The position numbers were made by a program, and so were the translations under genes. A stretch of 64,000 nucleotides of DNA. Source: an uncultured virus (IMG/VR IMGVR_UViG_3300035447_000008). Lineage: Duplodnaviria; Heunggongvirae; Uroviricota; Caudoviricetes. The stretch's first letter is position 1, and each line of letters opens with the position of its first letter. Location: the IMG/VR virus record IMGVR_UViG_3300035447_000008; one strand, given 5' to 3'. Below the pieces are notes generated by a model, which had not been told where the DNA came from, did not search any database, and saw nothing but the letters and a program-made list of their open reading frames with translations. Below, one piece after another: positions 49,398 through 57,667 of this stretch.

Positions 49398-50759
49398 GTG
49401 TGGATGAAGAGAGATTTATGGAGATTAGAGAAGAGAGAAAGAAGTGAAATACAATCCACTACCACTCACTTCAATATCCACTACAACCAGAGGTCTAAGT
49501 ATAAGCACATCCTTACCAAGCTAGAGGATGAGATAGGCTTTGGTTACAGAAAAGAGATTCTTGCTCTCATCACCAACACAGCCCGTGCTATCAAGTACAG
49601 AGCCATTGGGTTGTCTGTCCCCAGAGACTTTGCTCCATACAAGGGAAATCCTCAGAAGATTTCTCATAAGCGCATGGTGGCTTTGTTGGATATCCTTGAA
49701 ACTGGTGGGTACGTTGATCTACTCATAGGCGGGATTGCTGATTGGAAAGAAGGTGTAATGGTAGGCTCTCTTTGTATGTTCAAAGAATCTTGGTTATCTC
49801 TTTTCTTTGGTGTAGACGTGTCAGACGAGGTTGATCCTCTCCCGCTTGTGGAGATTAAAGATCGCTCATCGGGAGCGCTGAAGTCTACGAGAGGACACAC
49901 CGGGGTTAAGAAGATTGGCGCCTATATGGAAGCATTCAACACTATTTTGCAAAACACAACGATTACCAAAGGAAGCCTTGTCTATTCAGCACAGCAATAC
50001 AAGCGCGTGTTTTCAGATAAGATTGGTTTTGGTGGTCGGCATTACAACACTGTCGGAGGTGTGCAGGTTATGAACAGCGATGAGAGAAAGAAATTGGAAT
50101 TAGATGGCAGTCCTGTAGCAGAGCTTGACTTCAAAGCAATGCACGCATCTCTTTTGTATGAAGAGGAATATGAATTTAATGCGGATGTTATTGATTCTTG
50201 GATTGAAGATGAATGGGGTGGGGCATACAACCCCTATGGAGCCAAGATGCCGTTCCTTGAAGTAGATCAGAGTAAAGTGAATTATTTCAGGGAGAAGTAT
50301 AACAAGCCCACCTACGACCCAATTAGGAATCTATGTAAGCACTCATTGATGGTGTGCTTAAACGAAGATAGTTATCGCGGTGCATTCACTCAAGTGACGG
50401 GTGAGGTGGTTAGAGACAAAGAGATGTGGGGAACAGATCAAGAGAAAGATTCTAAATTCTTTGGTTTATATGTCTCGGATCGCTTTCCGGGGCACACAGT
50501 GTGCCAAGCCGTTGTAGCCCACAATAAACCAATAGCTCATCACTTCTTCAGTGACCGAGGTGTGCAACTTCAGTATCTCGATAGTGAGATTATTGCTGAT
50601 GTGATTAACCGACTGATTTGTGAGAAGGAACCATTGCTTCCAGAGCATGACAGTGTTATTGTAAAGCAGGAAGTCAAAGAGAGGGTTATGCAGTATATGA
50701 GAGAAGCCTACAAGGAAGTGATGGGCAATGATAAGTTCTGCTATATTGAGGAGAAATAA
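49398..50759 (+). CDS. Compact PolA/T7-RNAP-related polymerase (TV-Pol-like) with N-terminal winged-helix-like domain
   Basis: GGRHY; motif A ELDFKAMH; motif B RNLCK; LQYLDSEI; motif C EHDSVIV; no exonuclease domain. Confidence 0.8.
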   Translation: MWMKRDLWRLEKRERSEIQSTTTHFNIHYNQRSKYKHILTKLEDEIGFGYRKEILALITNTARAIKYRAIGLSVPRDFAPYKGNPQKISHKRMVALLDILETGGYVDLLIGGIADWKEGVMVGSLCMFKESWLSLFFGVDVSDEVDPLPLVEIKDRSSGALKSTRGHTGVKKIGAYMEAFNTILQNTTITKGSLVYSAQQYKRVFSDKIGFGGRHYNTVGGVQVMNSDERKKLELDGSPVAELDFKAMHASLLYEEEYEFNADVIDSWIEDEWGGAYNPYGAKMPFLEVDQSKVNYFREKYNKPTYDPIRNLCKHSLMVCLNEDSYRGAFTQVTGEVVRDKEMWGTDQEKDSKFFGLYVSDRFPGHTVCQAVVAHNKPIAHHFFSDRGVQLQYLDSEIIADVINRLICEKEPLLPEHDSVIVKQEVKERVMQYMREAYKEVMGNDKFCYIEEK

Positions 50760-50930
50760 ATGAAAATCTATATTGTTCTGGAACAAAGCCCAAGAGGGAC
50801 AAGAATCTCGAAGGTGTTTGCTAAAGCCACTGATGCGGTTGCTTGGAGGACTGAGCTTCAAGGGTCTGATGAGTATTTGGACTTCGATAGCGCTTATCAA
50901 TATTTTGTAGAAGAGTGGGAGGTCGAATGA
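50760..50930 (+). CDS. Small hypothetical protein (IYIV..KVF family)
   Basis: GAGGAG RBS; manual translation MKIYIVLEQSPRGTRISKVFAKA...EEWEVE. Confidence 0.7.
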   Translation: MKIYIVLEQSPRGTRISKVFAKATDAVAWRTELQGSDEYLDFDSAYQYFVEEWEVE

Positions 50931-51199
50931 TAAACATGCTGTGTTTCAAAAAGAAGTATAAACGGTCTGAGTGGATGGAGGGGCTTTTGTGGGCTGAGAA
51001 GTATCTACTAAGCGGTGGGACTGTTCGTGTCAATGTTAGTTTTAACGACTCTCTTGGAAATCAAATTGTCTCAACAGACAAAGACGGAATAAAAGTCTAT
51101 TTCTACTCCAGAACCCCTCACTTTGGTCTTGGGGTGTTTGACTATCTAAATTATTTTGAGGAAAATAAAGAAATTCTATTAAAGGCTCTTGACAAATAG
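50927..51199 (+). CDS. Hypothetical protein
   Basis: GGGAGG RBS, ATGA overlap. Confidence 0.65.
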   Translation: MINMLCFKKKYKRSEWMEGLLWAEKYLLSGGTVRVNVSFNDSLGNQIVSTDKDGIKVYFYSRTPHFGLGVFDYLNYFEENKEILLKALDK

Positions 51200-51299
51200 A
51201 TATGGTATGGCTTAAACTACACCCATAGCCTACAAATAAATTGCGAAGCACCTTTCTTGGTGCTTTTCGCGTTTCTACTTTAATCAAAGGAAAATAAAT

Positions 51300-51509
51300 A
51301 TGTCACGGTGCCGATCATGCGACACTCCGTTGGTCGGAGCTGTCCGATATAAAGATAATGAAGAACTGGCAGGACTCTATATTGAAGAGGATATGTGCAA
51401 CAAATGTATCCGAGATACAGAGATTCTTGAGTATATTGATGTGAAAACTTATCAATTTGAAGATATCACAGAGAACCTTCTAAGTATTGTTGCACATAAT
51501 TATACTTAA
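51300..51509 (+). CDS. Small Zn-finger protein
   Basis: CRSC...CNKC; AAGGA RBS. Confidence 0.75.
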   Translation: MSRCRSCDTPLVGAVRYKDNEELAGLYIEEDMCNKCIRDTEILEYIDVKTYQFEDITENLLSIVAHNYT

Positions 51510-51599
51510 ATGTATACAAAGTGTTGACAGAATTGTAAATACTTGTTAAAATAACCGCATCGAGGAGTGGGTGGTCCCTTCCTTAAAGGAATTTAAAAT

Positions 51600-51983
51600 A
51601 TGAGTAAACAAGAAATTGACTCTCGGGAGATTCCCGACAAGCTAGGTAGGACCGGAGCAGCGAAAGGTGGGAGAAAACCCGGAACCAAATCTAGCCGTAC
51701 ACCTCGTCAAAGAAAATTGGCCGAGGTGCTTAACAAACTTTCTCCTGTAGTAGCTAAAGCTCTTGCTAAAGCTGAAGCAATTCTGGATGCTGATCTTGAA
51801 AAGAGTGGTGTAAGTGCTACAGTGCAGTTGCAGGCAGCTAAGCTTGTTATTGATAAAGCTATCGAGCTTACAAACGAATGCTACAAACCTGACACAGTTT
51901 CAGGTGAAGCACCACAAGATGACGATGGTGAAGAAGAGACAGGAGCTGTCTTGAGCTTTACTGTTGTTGATGGAAAGAAATAA
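51600..51983 (+). CDS. terS: Probable terminase small subunit
   Basis: GGRKPG N-terminal motif, helical core with QAAKLVID, acidic tail; upstream of the tRNA-terL block. Confidence 0.6.
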   Translation: MSKQEIDSREIPDKLGRTGAAKGGRKPGTKSSRTPRQRKLAEVLNKLSPVVAKALAKAEAILDADLEKSGVSATVQLQAAKLVIDKAIELTNECYKPDTVSGEAPQDDDGEEETGAVLSFTVVDGKK

Positions 51984-52166
51984 AGTAATACGGATACTAC
52001 GTTCATACCCAATTCTAGTTGTATTGGGTATGAATTCTTGTTAAAATAACCGCTGCAACGGTTAAAACATTGTAACAGAAAGACCTCTATAGCAAGCTTC
52101 CTGATGAAGGGTTTGTTACAATGTCCCTGTTGCAGACATTAAGAAGCTTGACTATAGAGGTCTAAA

Positions 52167-52754
52167 ATGCAAAAAAGAAACAAACTATTTTGTGGTATTG
52201 GGTTAAACGATGCCGAGTATGTTGTTAGTAAAGTTGCACGAGATTTGCAAGGAAAGAGGCTCGTCCTTTGGACTTGTCCCTATTATATTAAATGGACAAG
52301 TATGATAAATAGGTGCTATTCCGAGTCAGAGTTAAAAAGAAGAACAAGCTATGTTGGGTGTTCAGTCTGTGAAGAGTGGTTAACCTTTAGTAATTTCAAA
52401 GCGTGGATGGAAAATCAGGATTGGGAGGGTAAAGAGTTAGATAAGGATTTGCTTGTTAAAGGAAATAAGATTTATTCTCCCGATACTTGCATATTTCTTT
52501 CTAAACGCCTAAATAGCTTTCTTACGGAAAGCACGAAAACAAGAGGCGACTTACCAATAGGTGTTCGAAAACACAGAGATAAATTTATTTCCAGTTGCAG
52601 AGCAGATGGAAAACTTGTTTATCTCGGTCTATTTGAAACTCCTGAAGAGGCGCATAAAGCTTGGCTTAAATTTAAAGCCAAGGAAGCAAAAAGGTTGTCA
52701 GAGCAAGAGACTGACGAGCGAGTTATAAATGCTCTAATTAGCCGGTACATTTAA
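52167..52754 (+). CDS. HNH homing endonuclease (LDKD type)
   Basis: WTSMINRCY, VCEEWLTFSNFKAWM, LDKDLL..YSPDTC. Confidence 0.9.
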   Translation: MQKRNKLFCGIGLNDAEYVVSKVARDLQGKRLVLWTCPYYIKWTSMINRCYSESELKRRTSYVGCSVCEEWLTFSNFKAWMENQDWEGKELDKDLLVKGNKIYSPDTCIFLSKRLNSFLTESTKTRGDLPIGVRKHRDKFISSCRADGKLVYLGLFETPEEAHKAWLKFKAKEAKRLSEQETDERVINALISRYI

Positions 52755-53109
52755 ATAGTACGTTGGCGAGATTCGGATCATAGGTTGGAAAAGTGCTTTC
52801 ATGCCAAGCAATCTATGACGTTGGCGAGTAGACCAGCCCGTCCAACCGGGATACTGTATTCAAGGGCCAACTACGAGAGTGGTACAAGTACAGTAGTTCT
52901 ACGAAATTTAGAGGTAATGCAACAGGAAGAAAGCATCCCGCCGCCTCTCACGAGGTTCCAACCTAGAGTGGAATACGAAGCTTAGCTTCTAAGAGAGTCC
53001 GATTTAAGCGCACATCTACCATGTCCGCTACGTTATGGTTGAGGGGCTGTAGTATGACGGCTCGGAATGTAGGCATAGGGTTGCTGGTGGCTATACATTC
53101 ACTTATTAT

Positions 53110-53197
53110 GGTTAGTTGTCCGAGAGGCTTATGGATGTGGTTTGCTAAACCATTGAGTGTAAAAGCTCCGTAGGTTCGAATCCTACACTAACCGCCA
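53110..53197 (+). tRNA. trnS: tRNA-Ser(GCT)
   Basis: Acceptor GGTTAGT/ACTAACC-G-CCA; anticodon arm GTGGT-TTGCTAA-ACCAT; long variable arm; GTTCGAATC T-loop. Confidence 0.92.
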
Positions 53198-53202
53198 ATC
53201 GA

Positions 53203-53279
53203 AGGGCGTTGGCGCAACTGGACAGCGTAAGGAGCTTCTACCTCCTTGGTTACAGGTTCGAATCCTGTACGCTCTGCCA
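53203..53279 (+). tRNA. trnR: tRNA-Arg(TCT)
   Basis: Acceptor AGGGCGT/ACGCTCT-G-CCA; anticodon arm AGGAG-CTTCTAC-CTCCT; GTTCGAATC T-loop. Confidence 0.92.
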
Positions 53280-53294
53280 AACAAAGAGGACTAA

Positions 53295-53936
53295 ATGAAA
53301 GACATTCTCCTAGCCACTATTACGTGGCTTTTCTTCTTTCTGATGCAGCTTGCAGGGATTGTCCTCGGATTGATTGTCGTCCCTCTGGGTTTGATATTCA
53401 GAAAGAAAGATTCTAGTACAGAAAAACCGTTCACCACTTTCAACACTCATAGAAATTGGGTGTACGAAGATTTACCTAAATGGCTAAAGCCTTGGCAGAA
53501 CATCGAAGATGGCCTTAGAGGCGATCATAGAGGTTGGTGGGATGCTAATAGTTTTGGTGCAGATAGCTCTAAGCCATTTAATATGTTTTGGTGGAGTGCA
53601 ATACGCAACCCATTCAACTACTTCAAACGCTTTGTAATTGGCTGTGATGTACGCGATTACACGTTCACTAAGCTTGCTGGTCAAGAGTATGTCCGTGATG
53701 ATTTAGGGAACACAGGGTGGCAGTTCTTGAAAGCTACTCCTACCAAGAAGTCTGGGAAGTGGCTTCCTCGCTATATGTTCTACCTTGTAAAGCAGTATGG
53801 AAACAACGAACGTGCTCTTGTTATCCAGATTGGTAATAAAATTAAGCTTGAGCACAACGGAGTGGTTGAAGCTGATGAGTATGACTACTGGAAAGGCTGG
53901 ACCTGCGAAATAAACCCGTACAAAGACATCTCCTAG
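53295..53936 (+). CDS. Membrane-anchored Trp-rich phage protein (WW.AIRNP family)
   Basis: N-terminal TM helix; DGLRGD, WWSAIRNP. Confidence 0.8.
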   Translation: MKDILLATITWLFFFLMQLAGIVLGLIVVPLGLIFRKKDSSTEKPFTTFNTHRNWVYEDLPKWLKPWQNIEDGLRGDHRGWWDANSFGADSSKPFNMFWWSAIRNPFNYFKRFVIGCDVRDYTFTKLAGQEYVRDDLGNTGWQFLKATPTKKSGKWLPRYMFYLVKQYGNNERALVIQIGNKIKLEHNGVVEADEYDYWKGWTCEINPYKDIS

Positions 53937-54105
53937 CAACCTTTCCCGCAAGGGAGTTCTCCTCATTTGGTTGCTTCTCCTCCCCATGAGTTGTTAGACC
54001 TTTTCCTGCTAACATATTTGTGGGTTCACATGAGCTTGGCATGGCATCGAAAGATGCTCTCCTCCAACGAGATTGCAGCCCTCGTTCCAAGCAGGCTGCT
54101 CTTTA
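53935..54105 (+). ncRNA. Putative structured small RNA with three CUCCUC motifs and a pseudoknot
   Basis: GNRA-capped hairpins (CCC-GCAA-GGG, GCATC-GAAA-GATGC), nested helices, loop GCAGCC pairing with downstream GGCTGC. Confidence 0.55.
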
Positions 54106-54181
54106 TTTAAAGCTTTCTAATACGTTTCTAAAGGAGGAGCGTATCACAAAGCCTTAATAACAGAATTAGGAGATACGAATT

Positions 54182-54664
54182 ATGACAAACATTGTAAATA
54201 AATATGAGATTCAACTTGGTCCTGTAGATGTGCTTGGCATTAAGTGGTTGGAAAACCTAATCCGCTTTATCAAGATGGGGGCTGAAGTGAAAGAGGGCCA
54301 CACCCCTAAAGCTAAATTCCCCCACCATGCTTGGCTCACCATTGAAACATCTGAGTTGCTTCGTAATGAGCCGGGTGTTCAAGTGTTCAAGATTGATGAA
54401 GTGTACACTCGTGAACAACTTGACGCTATGGATTTTCCAGAGCTACGGGAAGCAGTTAAGAGCCGAGGTGTAAAAGGACGCGACAGAACAATTATGACGC
54501 GACAGTATCTAAAAGCTACAGGGCAAGATGCAGAAGCTATTTCTAAAGACAAGCTTGTCCCTAAAGGTGGGTTGGTTGAAGAAGAGACTTCAGTAGAAGA
54601 CACTCCTTCGTCAGAAGAATCTGAAAGTAAAGTAGAAGAAAATAGTAAAGAAAAAGAAGAATAA
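54182..54664 (+). CDS. Hypothetical protein with HeH/Rho-N-like helix-loop-helix and acidic tail
   Basis: YTREQLDAMDFPELREAVKSRGVKGRDR. Confidence 0.75.
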   Translation: MTNIVNKYEIQLGPVDVLGIKWLENLIRFIKMGAEVKEGHTPKAKFPHHAWLTIETSELLRNEPGVQVFKIDEVYTREQLDAMDFPELREAVKSRGVKGRDRTIMTRQYLKATGQDAEAISKDKLVPKGGLVEEETSVEDTPSSEESESKVEENSKEKEE

Positions 54665-54975
54665 TAGTAAAAAGCTATTGACGGCAAACCAACTTGTCGC
54701 TTATACTATGCACATAGCTTGAAAGAAAGTTTTCGGGGCTTGTCGGGAGACATTCCCCATTTTATTTAAATATGCTCCGACAATACGTTGTTCTTTGAAC
54801 GGCCTCTGTTGTAATAATCTTGACGATCCGTAAGGCTGGCTATAGAGTTGTAGAAATACGGCTACGCCAGCAGGGCGTCATCTTTATTTTTGTACCCGAT
54901 AAGACATTGCAAGGTCTTCTCAGTACCTGTCTACTGAGATAGGGTACACCTTTTACAATCTGACAGGAGATTAAA

Positions 54976-56154
54976 ATGGGACGTAAGAAAGGTTCCTCCA
55001 TTGGTCCTAAAGTTGATCTAACGGGCAATGTTTACGGAAAACTAACAGTCACTGCATTTGCGGGAAAACAATACTACCCCTCAGGTGAATCGAAATACAC
55101 TTGGAAATGTCAATGCGAGTGTGGTAATGAAATTGTAACCACAGGGAACGCTCTTAGAACTGGTAATACGTCCAGTTGTAGGCAGTGTATTTATATTGAT
55201 ATTACAAATCAAAGGTTCGGAAAACTTGTTGCACTTGAACGACAAACTTACCGAGATGAAGCCGGCAAGGCTAAAGCCAAGTGGAAGTGCATATGTGATT
55301 GTGGTAATACGCACTATGTTAGCTATGGTAATCTTTTTCACAAGAATGTAGTCTCTTGCGGTTGCAGATTCTTTGAGATTCAAGAGCAAGATTTTGAGAG
55401 AAGAAAATCAGAACTCCTTGGACGGATTAGGGAGGCTCATGGAGATAGGTACCAATACAACCTTGACTCCTTTGTGAATGTTAGTAGCAAAATAAAAATC
55501 TTCTGCGAAGAGCATGGAGAGTTTAGTCAAAGAGTCGCAGACCATGTGTTTGGTGGTACTGGTTGTAGGGAGTGCTTCTTCGATAGTCGCAGATTAGGTG
55601 TGGATGGCTTTAAAGAAGCCTCTACGAAAGTACACGGCACCAAGTATGATTACTCCCTAATTACCGAGTATCATAGAAATAGTGATATTGTTGAAATAGT
55701 CTGCCCAGAGCACGGAAAGTTTTCACAATCAGCTCATAGTCATTTAGCTGGTTCGGGTTGCCCTTCTTGTAGTTCTGATCTTCGTCGTTGGGGCTATCGA
55801 AACTATTGCCTTAGCAATGAAGAGTTTGGACAGGCGCCGGGTAGCGTATATCTATTAGAGTTGACAAATAAAGAAGGGGATAGATTTCTTAAAGTTGGCG
55901 TTTCAAGATCAATAGGTAATAGGTTATCTGTTTATCGTAGGGATGGTCTTGAGCCAAAACTTCTGACGCTGATAGGGTCAATAACAGCCCTCAAAAGCGC
56001 AGAAATTGAAATTAAAATTCTCCGAGACATTAAGAAAAAACAACTCCGTCATATCCCTCGGATTAAGTTTGCTGGCTGGACAGAATGTGCAAAGATAGAG
56101 GCTAAGGAATATCTTATCTCTGTTTTCGAGGAGGTGAGAAGAAGTGTCAGTTAA
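54976..56154 (+). CDS. Homing-endonuclease-like protein (Zn-ribbon/DUF723 repeats plus GIY-YIG-like C-terminus) directly upstream of terL
   Basis: DLTG..GKL..CECG repeats, C.EHG.F.Q repeats, VYLL..LKVGVS..NRL..GWTEC. Confidence 0.85.
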   Translation: MGRKKGSSIGPKVDLTGNVYGKLTVTAFAGKQYYPSGESKYTWKCQCECGNEIVTTGNALRTGNTSSCRQCIYIDITNQRFGKLVALERQTYRDEAGKAKAKWKCICDCGNTHYVSYGNLFHKNVVSCGCRFFEIQEQDFERRKSELLGRIREAHGDRYQYNLDSFVNVSSKIKIFCEEHGEFSQRVADHVFGGTGCRECFFDSRRLGVDGFKEASTKVHGTKYDYSLITEYHRNSDIVEIVCPEHGKFSQSAHSHLAGSGCPSCSSDLRRWGYRNYCLSNEEFGQAPGSVYLLELTNKEGDRFLKVGVSRSIGNRLSVYRRDGLEPKLLTLIGSITALKSAEIEIKILRDIKKKQLRHIPRIKFAGWTECAKIEAKEYLISVFEEVRRSVS

Positions 56155-57664
56155 GAAAAAAGAAGTAATCGGACCTAGCAGTCCGAAGCAGCAGCTCATG
56201 TTGATGCAAACAGCGGACACGGCTATACTGGGTGGCGCGATGGGGTCAGGGAAGAGCTACATTTCATTGCTTTATCCTTTAAAGTTTGCTACTGATCCAC
56301 ACTTTCGGGGGATTATCTTCCGGCGTTCTATTGGTGAAATCACCGCTCAAGGTGGTCTTTGGGAGAACGCTTGTGAGATATATACCAAAGTTTACGGAAA
56401 TGCCGAAGAGCTTCGTAAACGTGGGAAAAGTGGTGGAATTAAAATTCACCAAAAAGATTTGCGGATAACTTTTCCGGCAGGTGGTTCTGTAAAGTTTTCT
56501 TATCTTGAGTCTAGTAAAGATTTGTTACGCCACCAAGGTGCTCAATATACTTTCGTATTATTTGATGAGGCGACTCACTTTACACAAGAGATGATTGAGT
56601 ACCTTCGCAAACGGATGCGCTCCGCTCGCGCAAAACATCAGCAACAGATGGTCCTAACAAGCAACCCCGACCCAGATTGGTTTGGAGTTGAATGGATTAA
56701 ACCTTATCTCACAGAAGATGGCACTCCCAACAATCAAATGGATGGTGTGCTTCGCTACTATGTAGTTGATAAAGGCGAGTATGTTTGGTCAGACTCAAAA
56801 GAAGAGTTAGAAAAGATTTACGGTGAGGGCGAAGATTCCGGTATCCGCAGTTTCACTTTTGTTAGTGCAAATTGTATGGATAATATTCCGCTCATGGAGT
56901 CCGATAAAGGCTATCTCAGCAACCTTAAAGCCCAGCCTTGGGTTGACGTTCAGAGATACTTATACGGGAATTGGTTCGTAAGACCTACAGGCGCCTCGAT
57001 GATTCGTCGAGAGTGGTTTGTTGAAGTAGACGAAGAGCCTGCTTGGACAGATATCGTAAAGACCGTCAGAGCGTATGACTTTGCTTTTAAGAAGAAAACA
57101 GACGCATACCCTAACCCAGATTATACAATCTCAGTAAAAATGAGCAAGTTGAAGGACGGTAACTACTTTATCCACGATATTCGTAGAACTCGTATCCTTC
57201 CCGGCGAATGGTTAGAGTTCATTCTAGAAGCTGCATATGAAGATGGTGCTAAAGTAGATATTGTTCTACCTCTCGACCCTCAAACAAGATACAGCAACTC
57301 TTTCTTATCTAAAGACCTCTCCGAACGTGGTTTCTACGTTCGACAGTTTAAAGCTACTGGTAAGAAAGAAGATCGTTTCAAACCGTTTGCCTCTATGGTT
57401 ATGAATGGTGGTTTCCAGATTCTTCGTAATTGTGGTTATGACTATGAGAACGGAATCCTCGGTGATCTGAACTTCTTCTATAAAGAACTAGAAGCTTATG
57501 ACGGAACAAGATCAAGCGGAAGTAGGCACGATGATATGTGTGATGGATGCTCGGACGCATTCCAAGCCGTTGCTACATCTAAAGTTATTCCAAACTTTGG
57601 TCCCGGACTCCTATCTACAAACCTCAAATCTAACAACCCATTTTCCAACATACAAGGAGGCTAA
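56144..57664 (+). CDS. terL: Terminase large subunit
   Basis: Walker A GGAMGSGKS, Walker B LFDEATHF, TSNP, nuclease AYDFA..PDYT..HDDMCD. Confidence 0.95.
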   Translation: MSVKKKEVIGPSSPKQQLMLMQTADTAILGGAMGSGKSYISLLYPLKFATDPHFRGIIFRRSIGEITAQGGLWENACEIYTKVYGNAEELRKRGKSGGIKIHQKDLRITFPAGGSVKFSYLESSKDLLRHQGAQYTFVLFDEATHFTQEMIEYLRKRMRSARAKHQQQMVLTSNPDPDWFGVEWIKPYLTEDGTPNNQMDGVLRYYVVDKGEYVWSDSKEELEKIYGEGEDSGIRSFTFVSANCMDNIPLMESDKGYLSNLKAQPWVDVQRYLYGNWFVRPTGASMIRREWFVEVDEEPAWTDIVKTVRAYDFAFKKKTDAYPNPDYTISVKMSKLKDGNYFIHDIRRTRILPGEWLEFILEAAYEDGAKVDIVLPLDPQTRYSNSFLSKDLSERGFYVRQFKATGKKEDRFKPFASMVMNGGFQILRNCGYDYENGILGDLNFFYKELEAYDGTRSSGSRHDDMCDGCSDAFQAVATSKVIPNFGPGLLSTNLKSNNPFSNIQGG

Positions 57665-57667
57665 TCA

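Noticed and set aside
52101..52140. CTGATGA followed by an AGGG/CCCT stem, resembling a hammerhead ribozyme core
   Set aside because: The required GAAA after stem II and a stem III are absent.
54821..54880. Similarity of TCCGTAAGG..AGCAG to SRP RNA domain IV
   Set aside because: The conserved symmetric loop context is missing; kept only as an unnamed structured element.
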